Origin: an uncultured archaeon
GTDB taxonomy: Archaea; Iainarchaeota; Iainarchaeia; Iainarchaeales; DTGL01
NCBI GenBank assembly: GCA_964551725.1
Contig: CAZKED010000002.1
Span: forward strand, 30,873-94,872
DNA length: 64,000 nt
Direction: 5' to 3'
Position numbers and translations under genes: made by a program. How positions within the stretch are numbered: the first letter of the stretch is position 1; each line of letters begins with the position of its first letter. Below are positions 38,021 through 47,165 of the stretch, one piece after another. Below the pieces are notes generated by a model that worked only from the letters and a program-made list of their open reading frames with translations, had not been told where the DNA came from and did no database searches.

Positions 38021-39232
38021 TTAGGATAAAATCTTGGAGTAGGATAATTTTCCAGTTGTGCTTGTGTGCCGGTTGATTCTCCCCCTTTCAGCTAGGAATT
38101 CAAGTTCCGCCGCTATTTCTTTTGTGGTCATTTCTCCTGCATTTAAGTGGTTTTCACGTATAAAGCGGTTTACATCTCCATAGATCGTTCCAGCCGTCAT
38201 TCTTCCTAGGTGGTTTCCCAAAACTCTCTCAATTCTTGCCCTGATTCTAGTCCGCTCTTTCGGGGAAATTCCCCCGCCTTTTCTTCTGGGTTCAGTGTAG
38301 CCCTCGTAGAGGCCTCTTTCGGTTCCTCTTTTGTGACCTTTTCTTATCGCTTCTTGTATCTCTTTTTCCGGAACGCCCGCATCAATCAGTTGCCTGCGCA
38401 TCCTATCGTAATCACCCAAGAGCTGCCTGCTTCTTGCCAGATGCTTTCTGGCTCCTTGCGTTTCACGGGACGTTCTCAGTCTGGCGCCTTCTATTCCATG
38501 CCTAATTGAAAGAGCCGCGAGAGAGTTTAGTTCATGGGCTTCTATTATCGCTAGGGGTCTTTCTTCGCCATACCTATAAACTTTCCTCGCTTTTTTCCCA
38601 CTTCCAGTCTTTTTGGGGGGTTCGCTTGTTCCGGCTTCATCTAATCTCAATAGAATTTCACGCGTTCTCTCCGGAACAGCAGGCACTTTATCAATTCCCA
38701 GCCGGCGCATTTCAGGTTCCAAAAATTCAATCCATGCAACTGCTCTCCTTTGGTTTGCGTGGACAGTTCCAACGTGTCCAGCGCTTAAGTTTTGTCTTTC
38801 AAGAATTTCCTCCATAAAAGAAAGATAGTTTTCAAGCTTCCAACCCAACCTAATCAATACATTCCTTTCTTCAGTGCTCACTCTGCGCTGTTTGGCAAGT
38901 TCCGGGATATTGAATCTTTCAATTATTGCCTTAGGCGTTGCAAGCAAAACTGGCCTGTTTCTTCTTTTAACTGAATACAAATACCCCTCATCGAACAATT
39001 CGCGGACAGCTTGCTTTAAACCTTCTGCTTCAGTTCCCTCTTTTCCTCTGAGCAGAGCATCAAGAAAAACGTCTTCTTTTATGACTCTTTCAACTATTTC
39101 GCTCTTTGTTCTTGGAAGCTCGCTGACAGCGGTCCGCCCCCTTGGCCTTCTCACCGGCTTTTCAAAAGGCGAAGGGGGAATAATGTCCTTGACCTTTGAG
39201 CTTTTCAGAAGGCTGTGAATACTTCTAGGCAT
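38021..39232 (-). CDS. Hypothetical basic protein, possible winged-helix domains
   Basis: 403-aa ATG ORF; AVRELFDEGYL and EIAAELEFLAERGRINR..TTGKLSY resemble wHTH helix and wing. Confidence 0.7.
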   Translation of the reverse strand: MPRSIHSLLKSSKVKDIIPPSPFEKPVRRPRGRTAVSELPRTKSEIVERVIKEDVFLDALLRGKEGTEAEGLKQAVRELFDEGYLYSVKRRNRPVLLATPKAIIERFNIPELAKQRRVSTEERNVLIRLGWKLENYLSFMEEILERQNLSAGHVGTVHANQRRAVAWIEFLEPEMRRLGIDKVPAVPERTREILLRLDEAGTSEPPKKTGSGKKARKVYRYGEERPLAIIEAHELNSLAALSIRHGIEGARLRTSRETQGARKHLARSRQLLGDYDRMRRQLIDAGVPEKEIQEAIRKGHKRGTERGLYEGYTEPRRKGGGISPKERTRIRARIERVLGNHLGRMTAGTIYGDVNRFIRENHLNAGEMTTKEIAAELEFLAERGRINRHTSTTGKLSYSKILS

Positions 39233-39436
39233 AGTAAAATACTGACCTTTAAACCTTTTAAAGCAAGGCGTTGGCGGAATATTATTTATCTCTTTCCCAG
39301 TCCGCTTTTTGAAACATATGCTCTGGTTGCTTGCTGCCTATTTTTCCTTTCTGCCTGTCTTAGTGCTTGCCTGTCACCTACTGTGCCCTTTCAGGCAACA
39401 TAAAAATTTTTATTAACAAGACAGCTATAACAATAC

Positions 39437-40915
39437 ATGCCTTTAAAGGGAAAAGAAAGAATAACGGCAATTCTGCTGATTGCTTTTTTCATCGCGGCAT
39501 TTGGCGCAAGAATTGCCCTGCTTGAGCACAGACCGCTGCATCACGACGAAGGCGTGAACGGCTACTTTATTTCCAAGATTCTTTCCGGCGAGGGCTTCCA
39601 GTACGACCCCCAGAACTATCATGGACCGACGTTTTTCTTCGTTTCCGCGCCGGCAGTGCTGTTCTTGGGGAACACGCCTTTTGCACTGCGGCTTGCCGCG
39701 GCATTCTTCGGCAGCGCGGTAATCCTCCTGCTCTTTCCCCTGCGCAAAAAGCTCGGCGTGCCGGGCACAGCCACAGCGGCATTCTTCCTTTCCTTTTCCG
39801 CATCCTTCTTTTACTATTCAATTGACGCAATCCACGAAATCCTTTTCGTTTTCTTCTCAATTGCAGCAATTGTCTCAATGCTCAAATTTGTGGAGGAAAA
39901 AAAGAAAAGCCATCTTTATTTTTCCGCGATTTTCCTCGCGCTTCTTTTCGCGACAAAAGAGGCATCCTTTTACTTTGGTCCTTTAATTCTCTGCCTTTTT
40001 CTGCTGCTACTGCTATGCAGCCGGAATGCTGGGCATTCTCTCAAGAGCATTCTGAAAAGGGATTCCCTGCTCACAATTGCCCTTGCAGTTGCATTGTTCC
40101 TTTTCGTTTACTCCGCTCTTTTCACTTCCTTTTTTTCAAATCCAGCGGGTTTGGCGGATTCGGTTCGCGGACCGTTCATATGGCTCACGCAGCCCGAACT
40201 CCACGCAGGGCACGAAAAGCCCTTTTACTATTACGCTGAATTCCTCCTGGAATACGAGTTTCCCCTGCTCGTTCTGGGCGTTCTGGGCACTGCCGTTGCG
40301 TTCCTGCGCAAAAACCCTTTTTTTTCCTTTTTCGGCGCGTTCTTTATTGCAGCGTTCTCCGCAGCATCGATAGTGGAATACAAGGTTCCCTGGATTCTTA
40401 TAAACTTTCTTGTCCCGCTCGCCTTCCTGGCGGGATTTGCTGTGAGGGAAATTTTCTCCGCCGCGGAAAAGCGCTCCCCTGCAGTTCAGGCGGTTTTTGT
40501 AGCGCTTCTTTTTCTGGGCGCGATTTTCACCTTGGCTGTTTTTTTCCGCCTCAACGTTGAAATTCCGGCAGAGCAGGAGAACGGGCTGGCGTACGTGCAG
40601 ACGACAATGCACGCGAAAGGGGTTGTTGAAAAAATCCACTCGATTGCGCGTACCACGCCCGAATTCCGCATGGCTGTAGCAGTAAAGCAGAGTTCCTGGC
40701 CCCTGTCCTGGCTTTTCGAGGACTTTAATGCCGATTACTACGGCACGGAAAAGGAGTCGCTTGAAGGGCTTTTGCTCGGTGGTTACCCCGTAATTCTTGT
40801 GGAAAAGACCGCGGACTCCGAAAAAATGCGTTCCCGGGAATACGAAAGCGAGGCATTCACCCTAAGGCCCGGCGTGGACATGATTGCCTTTTACCGCGGG
40901 AATGCGCAAAAATGA
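39437..40915 (+). CDS. GT-C membrane glycosyltransferase (TIGR03663/Agl23-like)
   Basis: RPLHHDEGVN, YDPQNYHGP, ATKE, YKVPW, AYVQT, WPLSW. Confidence 0.85.
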   Translation: MPLKGKERITAILLIAFFIAAFGARIALLEHRPLHHDEGVNGYFISKILSGEGFQYDPQNYHGPTFFFVSAPAVLFLGNTPFALRLAAAFFGSAVILLLFPLRKKLGVPGTATAAFFLSFSASFFYYSIDAIHEILFVFFSIAAIVSMLKFVEEKKKSHLYFSAIFLALLFATKEASFYFGPLILCLFLLLLLCSRNAGHSLKSILKRDSLLTIALAVALFLFVYSALFTSFFSNPAGLADSVRGPFIWLTQPELHAGHEKPFYYYAEFLLEYEFPLLVLGVLGTAVAFLRKNPFFSFFGAFFIAAFSAASIVEYKVPWILINFLVPLAFLAGFAVREIFSAAEKRSPAVQAVFVALLFLGAIFTLAVFFRLNVEIPAEQENGLAYVQTTMHAKGVVEKIHSIARTTPEFRMAVAVKQSSWPLSWLFEDFNADYYGTEKESLEGLLLGGYPVILVEKTADSEKMRSREYESEAFTLRPGVDMIAFYRGNAQK

Positions 40916-40993
40916 CCCGAACTTAATGATTTTTTAATCTATCCCCTTCTAATTTTTTACCAACGCTTTTTTTTGCGCTTTTTGGTGAAAAAC

Positions 40994-42265
40994 ATGAGCG
41001 ATTCCATCCTGGGACTGGGCGGCTGCGAGGAAGTCGGCAGAAGCAGTTTTTTGCTAGACATCGGTGAAAAAATTTTGCTCGAATGCGGCATCAAGTTAAG
41101 CCCCACGGGAACAGAATATCCGCTGCCCTTGCACACAAATCTTGATGTTGCAATTATTTCCCACGCCCACCTGGACCATTCCGGGAATTTGCCTCACCTC
41201 TTCCTTAAAAGCAATCCCCTCTGCTACATGACGCAGCCCACGCTTGACTTGGCGGAACTTTTGTGGCACGACACGCTCAAAATAGCGGGACTGGAAGGAA
41301 CGGAGGAAAAGTTCTCGAAGGAGGAAATAAAGCGCACCCGCAAGTATTCCTTCGCGATAGGCTACAACAGAAAAATGCCCATTACAAAAAAATGCTCCAT
41401 GGAATTCTTCAACGCAGGACACATTCTTGGCTCCGTTCTCACAAAGCTTTCCTTTTCAGGCAAATCGCTCCTTTACACCGGCGACTTCAAGGTGAAGGAA
41501 ACAAGGCTGCTTGAAAAAGCCGACCTCAAAGTGGGTCACGTTGACTACGTTGTAATTGAATCCACTTACGGCGACAGAGAGCACCCGGACAGGAAGAAAA
41601 CCGAGAAAGAATTCGTTGAAAAGGTGCAGGACACCGTTGACAGGGGCGGGACAGCGCTTGTTCCGGCGTTCGCCGTGGGAAGGAGCCACGAAATAATAGA
41701 CGTATTGCACGAATACAAGTTGAACGCGCCTGTTTACTTGGACGGAATGGCAAAAACCGCTGCAAGGATTACAATGAATTACCCCAAATTCCTCAAGGAC
41801 GCAAAATTCCTGGGAAAGGCGTTAAAGAGCACCAAATGGATTAAAAACGAGGGGCAGAGAAGGCACGCTTTAAAAGAGCCCTCGGTGATAGTAACCACTG
41901 CGGGAATGCTCGAAGGAGGCCCTGTGCTCAACTACATTAAAAAAATCCACGCTGACAAAAACTCGAGCGTTCTCCTCACGGGCTATCAAGTAGAGCAGAC
42001 AAAAGGGCGCAGGCTGCTTGAAACGGGAAAAATCGAGGTGGACGGCGAAACATACAAGTTAAAGTGCGACGTGCAGAAATTCGACTTTTCAGCGCACGCC
42101 TCCCAGAGCGAAATGCTTTACGCGCTCAACAAGTGGTCTCCGCAGAAAGCATTCATAGTGCACGGGGAAAAGAGCGTTGCGCACAAATTCGGGAAAAAAA
42201 TAAAAGAAGAATTGGGCATTAATGCGGTTGTCCTCAAGCAGGGCAAAACGGAAAAACTTGATTGA
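40994..42265 (+). CDS. Beta-CASP metallo-beta-lactamase ribonuclease (aCPSF-like, no KH domains)
   Basis: GGCEEVGRS, SHAHLDHSG, AGHILGS, YTGD, ESTYG, FSAHA, VHGE. Confidence 0.92.
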   Translation: MSDSILGLGGCEEVGRSSFLLDIGEKILLECGIKLSPTGTEYPLPLHTNLDVAIISHAHLDHSGNLPHLFLKSNPLCYMTQPTLDLAELLWHDTLKIAGLEGTEEKFSKEEIKRTRKYSFAIGYNRKMPITKKCSMEFFNAGHILGSVLTKLSFSGKSLLYTGDFKVKETRLLEKADLKVGHVDYVVIESTYGDREHPDRKKTEKEFVEKVQDTVDRGGTALVPAFAVGRSHEIIDVLHEYKLNAPVYLDGMAKTAARITMNYPKFLKDAKFLGKALKSTKWIKNEGQRRHALKEPSVIVTTAGMLEGGPVLNYIKKIHADKNSSVLLTGYQVEQTKGRRLLETGKIEVDGETYKLKCDVQKFDFSAHASQSEMLYALNKWSPQKAFIVHGEKSVAHKFGKKIKEELGINAVVLKQGKTEKLD

Positions 42266-43041
42266 AAATGAATTTCCTCGAATTTTTACGGGAGGCATTC
42301 GCCCTCCTCAAAAAACACCCTAAGCTTTTTGCACCGAACCTTTTCCTGAGCTTTTATTACGGAATAATGGAACTGCTCCTTGCAATGAGCCTTCTTTCCT
42401 TCGCGGAAAGCTACCGCGCGGGCATAGTGCCTGTTGCTGTAGGAGAGGAACTCGTTTATGTTTTTTCCGTTCTCTTGGTCATGCTCCTTTTCGGATTATT
42501 TTTCAGCGTTCTGATATGGGGAATGTACCCCGCAATGGCAAGGAGCTTTTTTGCCGGGAAGAACATTTCCTTCCCTGCCGCGGCAAGGGTTTCAATCAAG
42601 AGATTCCGCTTCGTTTTCACTTCGCTTATACTCTGCTCTATTCTGCCCGCTGCACTTGTTGCCTTTTTGTTCCTCCAGCTGATCCTCCTCTACGGAACCT
42701 TTGAGTTCTGGCTCTACCTCGTGCTCATGCTGGTCGTTTTGTTTGCTTACCTTTTTTTCTTTTACATTCTCGCCTCATCTTCGGTGCTCGGAAAAAATTC
42801 AATAAAATCCATTTTCAGGGAATCGCTCGCTCTCACGAGGAAAAACCCGGTTGTCGTCTCGAAAGCGGCAGCGTTCTCCCTGGTTCTTTCCGTGCTGGGC
42901 TGGGTTTTCGCTTTCCTTGCGTGGAATCCGGCTTTTATGGTTTCGTTCTGGATTTCGAGGTTTGTCAGCGCCGTTGTAGCCACTTACTCGCAGACCCTCA
43001 ATCCCACCATTTACCTCGGTTTGAAAGGTGGCTTGGAATGA
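42262..43041 (+). CDS. Hypothetical multi-pass membrane protein
   Basis: About 6 hydrophobic helices; overlaps both neighbours as in an operon. Confidence 0.75.
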   Translation: MKMNFLEFLREAFALLKKHPKLFAPNLFLSFYYGIMELLLAMSLLSFAESYRAGIVPVAVGEELVYVFSVLLVMLLFGLFFSVLIWGMYPAMARSFFAGKNISFPAAARVSIKRFRFVFTSLILCSILPAALVAFLFLQLILLYGTFEFWLYLVLMLVVLFAYLFFFYILASSSVLGKNSIKSIFRESLALTRKNPVVVSKAAAFSLVLSVLGWVFAFLAWNPAFMVSFWISRFVSAVVATYSQTLNPTIYLGLKGGLE

Positions 43042-43736
43042 CTGCCTTCTGCCCCAAGTGCGGCGCCACAAAGGGAAAATTCATACACGGCTTCTGCGAA
43101 AAATGCTTCCTGGAAGACCACGAGCTGATTTCCCTTCCGGCGGAACTCGAAATACAGAAATGCCCGGTCTGCGGAAAAGTGAAATTATCCGGAAAATGGG
43201 AGGCGTTCACCCCAAAAAACCTGAAAAAATTCGTTGAAGCAAAGGCAAAGGTGAAAGAACTGCTCGGGGAGGAAAAATCGGCAGAAATCGGCAAGAGGGA
43301 GAATGGCACCCTTGAAGCAGTGGTGAAAGCAAGGGGGAAAATTGGCACGGAGGAGATTGAAACCGAAAGGCATTCTACCATCAAATTCGTAAAAGAGAGC
43401 TGCGATTCCTGCAACCGCGTTGCCGGCGGTTACTTCGAGGCAACAATCCAGATACGCTGGAAAAAACCGGGGAATTCCGCAAAACGCGGAAGAGTTCTCA
43501 AAGAAATCGAATTCGCGCTTTCCCTTCAGGGCAGCGATTCACTGGCGCGCATAGTGAGAATCGAGGAAAAAAAGAACGGTTTTGATGCAAGGATTGGGTC
43601 GAACAGCGCCGCGCGCCTTGCAGTTTCGCGCCTCAGAAAAAAATTCAAGGAAAAAGCTGTAACCTCCTCAAAGCTCGCGGGCGTAACAAGGGACGGGAGG
43701 AAAAAAACCAGGTTAACTTACTGCTTTCGCCTCTGA
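43038..43736 (+). CDS. nmd3: NMD3-like ribosome export/maturation protein
   Basis: FCPKCG, FCEKC, CPVCG, CDSC...GYFEATIQIR. Confidence 0.9.
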   Translation: MTAFCPKCGATKGKFIHGFCEKCFLEDHELISLPAELEIQKCPVCGKVKLSGKWEAFTPKNLKKFVEAKAKVKELLGEEKSAEIGKRENGTLEAVVKARGKIGTEEIETERHSTIKFVKESCDSCNRVAGGYFEATIQIRWKKPGNSAKRGRVLKEIEFALSLQGSDSLARIVRIEEKKNGFDARIGSNSAARLAVSRLRKKFKEKAVTSSKLAGVTRDGRKKTRLTYCFRL

Positions 43737-43762
43737 GTTGCCCGTATTCCGCTGTACTGCAG

Positions 43763-44473
43763 TCAGCTTTCGAATTCCTTCAATTTATTTTTTATTTCTT
43801 CCTCTGGCACGGTGCTCACAAGCAGTGGAATCCTTTCGCTTTCCGCGATCCTTATCGCTATTTTGTCCACTTTTTCGGGGTCCTTTGGACCGTGCAGTAC
43901 GACCAAAGAGGGCTTCATGTCGGTGCTGAACCTGCCGACCTTAACCGCAATGAGTGGTGATCTGCCATTTTCAACGTTCTTGAAAATCAGCGCTCTGTCG
44001 GGCGTTCTGCCGTACAGGTGCATGTACTCGTGCACCGGTACTTCGATTATTACTTTAAGCGAATCAATGATGGTGTAGCCGTAAATGTCCGTTTCTTTCA
44101 GTCTCGAAGGGTTTGCAATGCATTTCGCGCCAATTTTTTCCATGAACGTTTTTGCGTTCATTGCGGAATAGAATTCGTGTATGTCGAATATTTCTTCTTT
44201 CGGCTCGAAGTCCTTCATTAACTGCTTTACTATCTTGCCCCCGCGTTTGCCATCGAGCTCAATCAGTGCATTCACGAACCTGCTTATTACCACGATGCCC
44301 GGGCTCTTTCTCCTTCCTCCCTCATAATCGCTTATCGTGGAGCTTGAAACGCCCAGAAATTCCGCGAGTTCCGTCTGGTTAATGCCGAAGATTTCCCTCC
44401 ACTTTTTCATGCTTCCGCCGGGGTCCTTGCTCAGCGTTATTTCTCCGGCAATCGTGTTGCGAAGTTTCTCCAT
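43763..44473 (-). CDS. Archaeal XRE-HTH transcriptional regulator (COG1709-like)
   Basis: IAGEITLS, KKWREIF, ISDYEGGRRKSPG, GYTIIDS, GRSPLIA. Confidence 0.9.
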   Translation of the reverse strand: MEKLRNTIAGEITLSKDPGGSMKKWREIFGINQTELAEFLGVSSSTISDYEGGRRKSPGIVVISRFVNALIELDGKRGGKIVKQLMKDFEPKEEIFDIHEFYSAMNAKTFMEKIGAKCIANPSRLKETDIYGYTIIDSLKVIIEVPVHEYMHLYGRTPDRALIFKNVENGRSPLIAVKVGRFSTDMKPSLVVLHGPKDPEKVDKIAIRIAESERIPLLVSTVPEEEIKNKLKEFES

Positions 44474-44557
44474 ACAATAAAAAATGCCAGAACAGGTTTA
44501 AAAAGGTTACGTCAATCGCACGCCGCAGAATTCGTTCTTTAACGCACTCTTCTTAAA

Positions 44558-45241
44558 TTATTTCAAGAAATCAAGGGCTAAGGAAATAATCCAGTCGCCC
44601 TTGTGGGGCTTTTTGGGATTAGTGTTGCCGACAATCATTGTGTCCTTTATGTGGGTTTCTCTGCGGCTTTCCCTGCCGCCGCGGAGAATGGAAAGGTTTT
44701 CTCCGAGGTTCTGCCTCGCATGGAAATGGCTTCTCCTGGATTTTTCCACAAGCCTTCCTTTCTTTTGCCCCATTATTTCTTCTATGGATTTTTCAGACAT
44801 TAATTCCATTACTACATATCTTCCTTTTATTTCCCCATAAATCTCCGGCATTATAAGCCTGTAGCCCCTAGGCCTTATTGCGCCCTGCTGCACTGCTTTT
44901 TGGTGTGTTATGAACATTCTTTGGAGTTCCCTGAAATCAAGCCCTTCTTTCGCTTCCCCGCGAGTATCCTTTATTACAACTGGAACGCCGTTGAATTCAT
45001 AAAGCCTCACAAAGTGATGCTTTCCAGCCTTGGGCAGCGTGTTGAAGAACTGTGGGTGGGAGTCAAGTTTTTTCTCAACATCACTCAGTAAAGCGTTTCT
45101 TTTCTCTTTAGGAATGATGCTTCTCTTCAAAACGCTTTCAGTGGTTTTTTCCAGGGGCCCTCTTCCCCTGCTGGCTTTGGGTCTTCGCCTCCAACGCTTT
45201 GGAAGCAAATTCCTAAAAGTTATTCTGCGAAGCTGCACCAT
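44558..45241 (-). CDS. Orphan protein with Arg-rich N-terminus, possible degenerate kinase-like fold
   Basis: 227-aa ATG ORF; VVIK, PEIYG, YVVMELM motifs. Confidence 0.65.
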   Translation of the reverse strand: MVQLRRITFRNLLPKRWRRRPKASRGRGPLEKTTESVLKRSIIPKEKRNALLSDVEKKLDSHPQFFNTLPKAGKHHFVRLYEFNGVPVVIKDTRGEAKEGLDFRELQRMFITHQKAVQQGAIRPRGYRLIMPEIYGEIKGRYVVMELMSEKSIEEIMGQKKGRLVEKSRRSHFHARQNLGENLSILRGGRESRRETHIKDTMIVGNTNPKKPHKGDWIISLALDFLK

Positions 45242-45314
45242 AAAATTATTGCACTGCGAGGGAATTTAATTGTTTTCCCTGCCGTGCCAAAGCGCGGGGG
45301 AATAAGGCAGAAAA

Positions 45315-45387
45315 CGGACCCGGGGGGATTCGAACCCCCGATCTACAGCTTAGGAGGCTGCCGCCTTGTCCTCTAGGCTACGGGTCC
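45315..45387 (-). tRNA. tRNA-Arg(CCT)
   Basis: GGACCCGTAGCCTAGAGGACAAGGCGGCAGCCTCCTAAGCTGTAGATCGGGGGTTCGAATCCCCCCGGGTCCG folds as a cloverleaf; anticodon CCT at 45354-45352; CCA not encoded. Confidence 0.95.
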
Positions 45388-46336
45388 TCAGAATTTTAAG
45401 CAATTCTTCCTGTCTCTTGCTTTTGTTTGGATGTATAAAACCTATTTCTTCCAGAAACCTTTTTATTGTGCTGTGTTTTCTTATTCTCAACTCCCAGGTC
45501 AATGTTTTCTTGCCGGTGGAGGGAGAATGCGATTTTCTGCCGTATGGCTTGAGGGTTTCGATTCCAAATTCTTGTAAATTTTCTTTTATTTCTTCAATGA
45601 ATCCTTTGTCTTTGAAGGAAACATCCACAAAAAATTGGGCACACTTGTGCGGGCTTTTTGGAAGGGTTCCGTCAGCATCAAACAGTCCTCTCAAGTACCA
45701 TTTCAATATTTTCCTATTTTTTTTCATTATTTTTGGTATTCTGAGGTTTGATTTTTTTCCCAGATTAATTCCAAACACTTTGTTAATGAAAGAATTGATG
45801 ACTTTTCTTCTTACGGGCACGCGGTAAGATTGTTTTGTTGATTTTTTGCTTCTCTTTTCCTCAATTTTTGCTTTGGTTCCAAAAATTTTTTCTGTTAGAG
45901 AGCAGACCAATTCAATCTGCGGTTTATACTCGTCATCAAAGCAGGTTCTTTTCCCGTCAGAGCAGAGAAAACCATCGCCTTGAAGATAGCCGACAAAGTA
46001 TGCCAAAGCAGGGTCTAGATATTTTGGAAGGATCACTTTTTCCTTTCTTGCAGTGCAATAAAAATCGCTTTCAAAAATTTTGTTCCAGAGCGTTCCGCTT
46101 AAGTCCAATTCAGCGATTTTTTTCAAAAAGAACAACGGGCATGCTTTTTTTACATTTAAGTATTTTCTAACAGTTTCAGGATGCATATTGCTTTTTTCTG
46201 CGATTTTTTCAAGGCTTGTTCCCCCCGCTTTTTCAAGAGGGATTTTATTGATCCCAGCAAGCCGGATTTTTTCATCAAGCAGAGGCAAATAGTTCTCCAG
46301 CTTAACTTTTGGTTTATCGGGAAAAACAGCTTTCAT
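45350..46336 (-). CDS. Free-standing two-motif LAGLIDADG homing endonuclease with N-terminal HTH, overlapping tRNA-Arg
   Basis: LAYFVGYLQGDG and YLRGLFDADG; HTH SLEKIAEKSNMHPETVRKYLN; AT-rich. ATG 46336 is the likely start (ORF open to 46399). Confidence 0.88.
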   Translation of the reverse strand: MKAVFPDKPKVKLENYLPLLDEKIRLAGINKIPLEKAGGTSLEKIAEKSNMHPETVRKYLNVKKACPLFFLKKIAELDLSGTLWNKIFESDFYCTARKEKVILPKYLDPALAYFVGYLQGDGFLCSDGKRTCFDDEYKPQIELVCSLTEKIFGTKAKIEEKRSKKSTKQSYRVPVRRKVINSFINKVFGINLGKKSNLRIPKIMKKNRKILKWYLRGLFDADGTLPKSPHKCAQFFVDVSFKDKGFIEEIKENLQEFGIETLKPYGRKSHSPSTGKKTLTWELRIRKHSTIKRFLEEIGFIHPNKSKRQEELLKILRTRSLEDKAAAS

Positions 46337-46408
46337 GAAAAAAAGAGAGAATTTGTTATTTAAAAATGCTTGAAACCGTGATTCCCCTAAACCGCGCAAC
46401 CCGATTAC

Positions 46409-47110
46409 TCAGTCCCTTATTTCAACCCGTTCAACATACTTTTCCATTATTTTCTTCATTTCTTCCAGTTCTTCGCTGGAATAGGATCTTACTTTTTGAA
46501 AGCGCGGGTCCAGCAATGGCGCATCCTTCTCGAACTGCTGCAGGTAGAATGCCTTTGCGCCCTTCAACCATTTCCCCATTTTTTCAAAATCCTTTTTTTC
46601 CAGAATGCCGGGCACAACCGTAGTGCGGAACTCGTAATCTATGCCGCTGCTCTTGAGCAGTTCGACGCTTTTTTGCACCGCTTCCTTGTCCACGATTACG
46701 TTTGCGGCTTTGTCGTACTTTTCAATCGGAGCCTTTATGTCCATTGCAATGTAATCCGCCAGTTTTTCTTCAATCAATTCGCGCAGCATTCCAGGATTCG
46801 TTCCGTTGGTGTCAAGCTTCACTTTGTATCCCAGTTCTTTCACTCTCTGAATGAAATGCTTCAAGCCCGAGTGCAGGGTTGGCTCGCCGCCGGTAATGCA
46901 GACAGCATCCAATACATTCTTTCTTTTGCGCAGGAATTCGAGAACCTCCCTTTCACTTATCGATTCTTCCGCCTCCTCCAGGACAAGCGAGGGATTCTGG
47001 CAGTAGGGGCAGCGGAAATTGCACTTGTCCACGAACAGAGTGCACGCTACCTCGTTTGGGTAATCAATAAGCGTTGTTTTCTGCAGTCCGCGGAAAATCA
47101 TGGCATCCAC
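46409..47110 (-). CDS. nrdG: Anaerobic ribonucleotide reductase activating radical-SAM protein
   Basis: CNFRCPYCQN, ITGGEPT, KLDTNG, EFRTT; next to nrdD. Confidence 0.94.
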   Translation of the reverse strand: MDAMIFRGLQKTTLIDYPNEVACTLFVDKCNFRCPYCQNPSLVLEEAEESISEREVLEFLRKRKNVLDAVCITGGEPTLHSGLKHFIQRVKELGYKVKLDTNGTNPGMLRELIEEKLADYIAMDIKAPIEKYDKAANVIVDKEAVQKSVELLKSSGIDYEFRTTVVPGILEKKDFEKMGKWLKGAKAFYLQQFEKDAPLLDPRFQKVRSYSSEELEEMKKIMEKYVERVEIRD

Positions 47111-47165
47111 CTAGAAAGAAAGGGGAAAAATATAAGAATGCAAGAATTGGCAAAAATGGCCTGGG

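Noticed and set aside
39240-39420. Short repeats (TGCCTGTC twice) in an intergenic region; possible ncRNA
   Set aside because: Too short, with no recognisable structure
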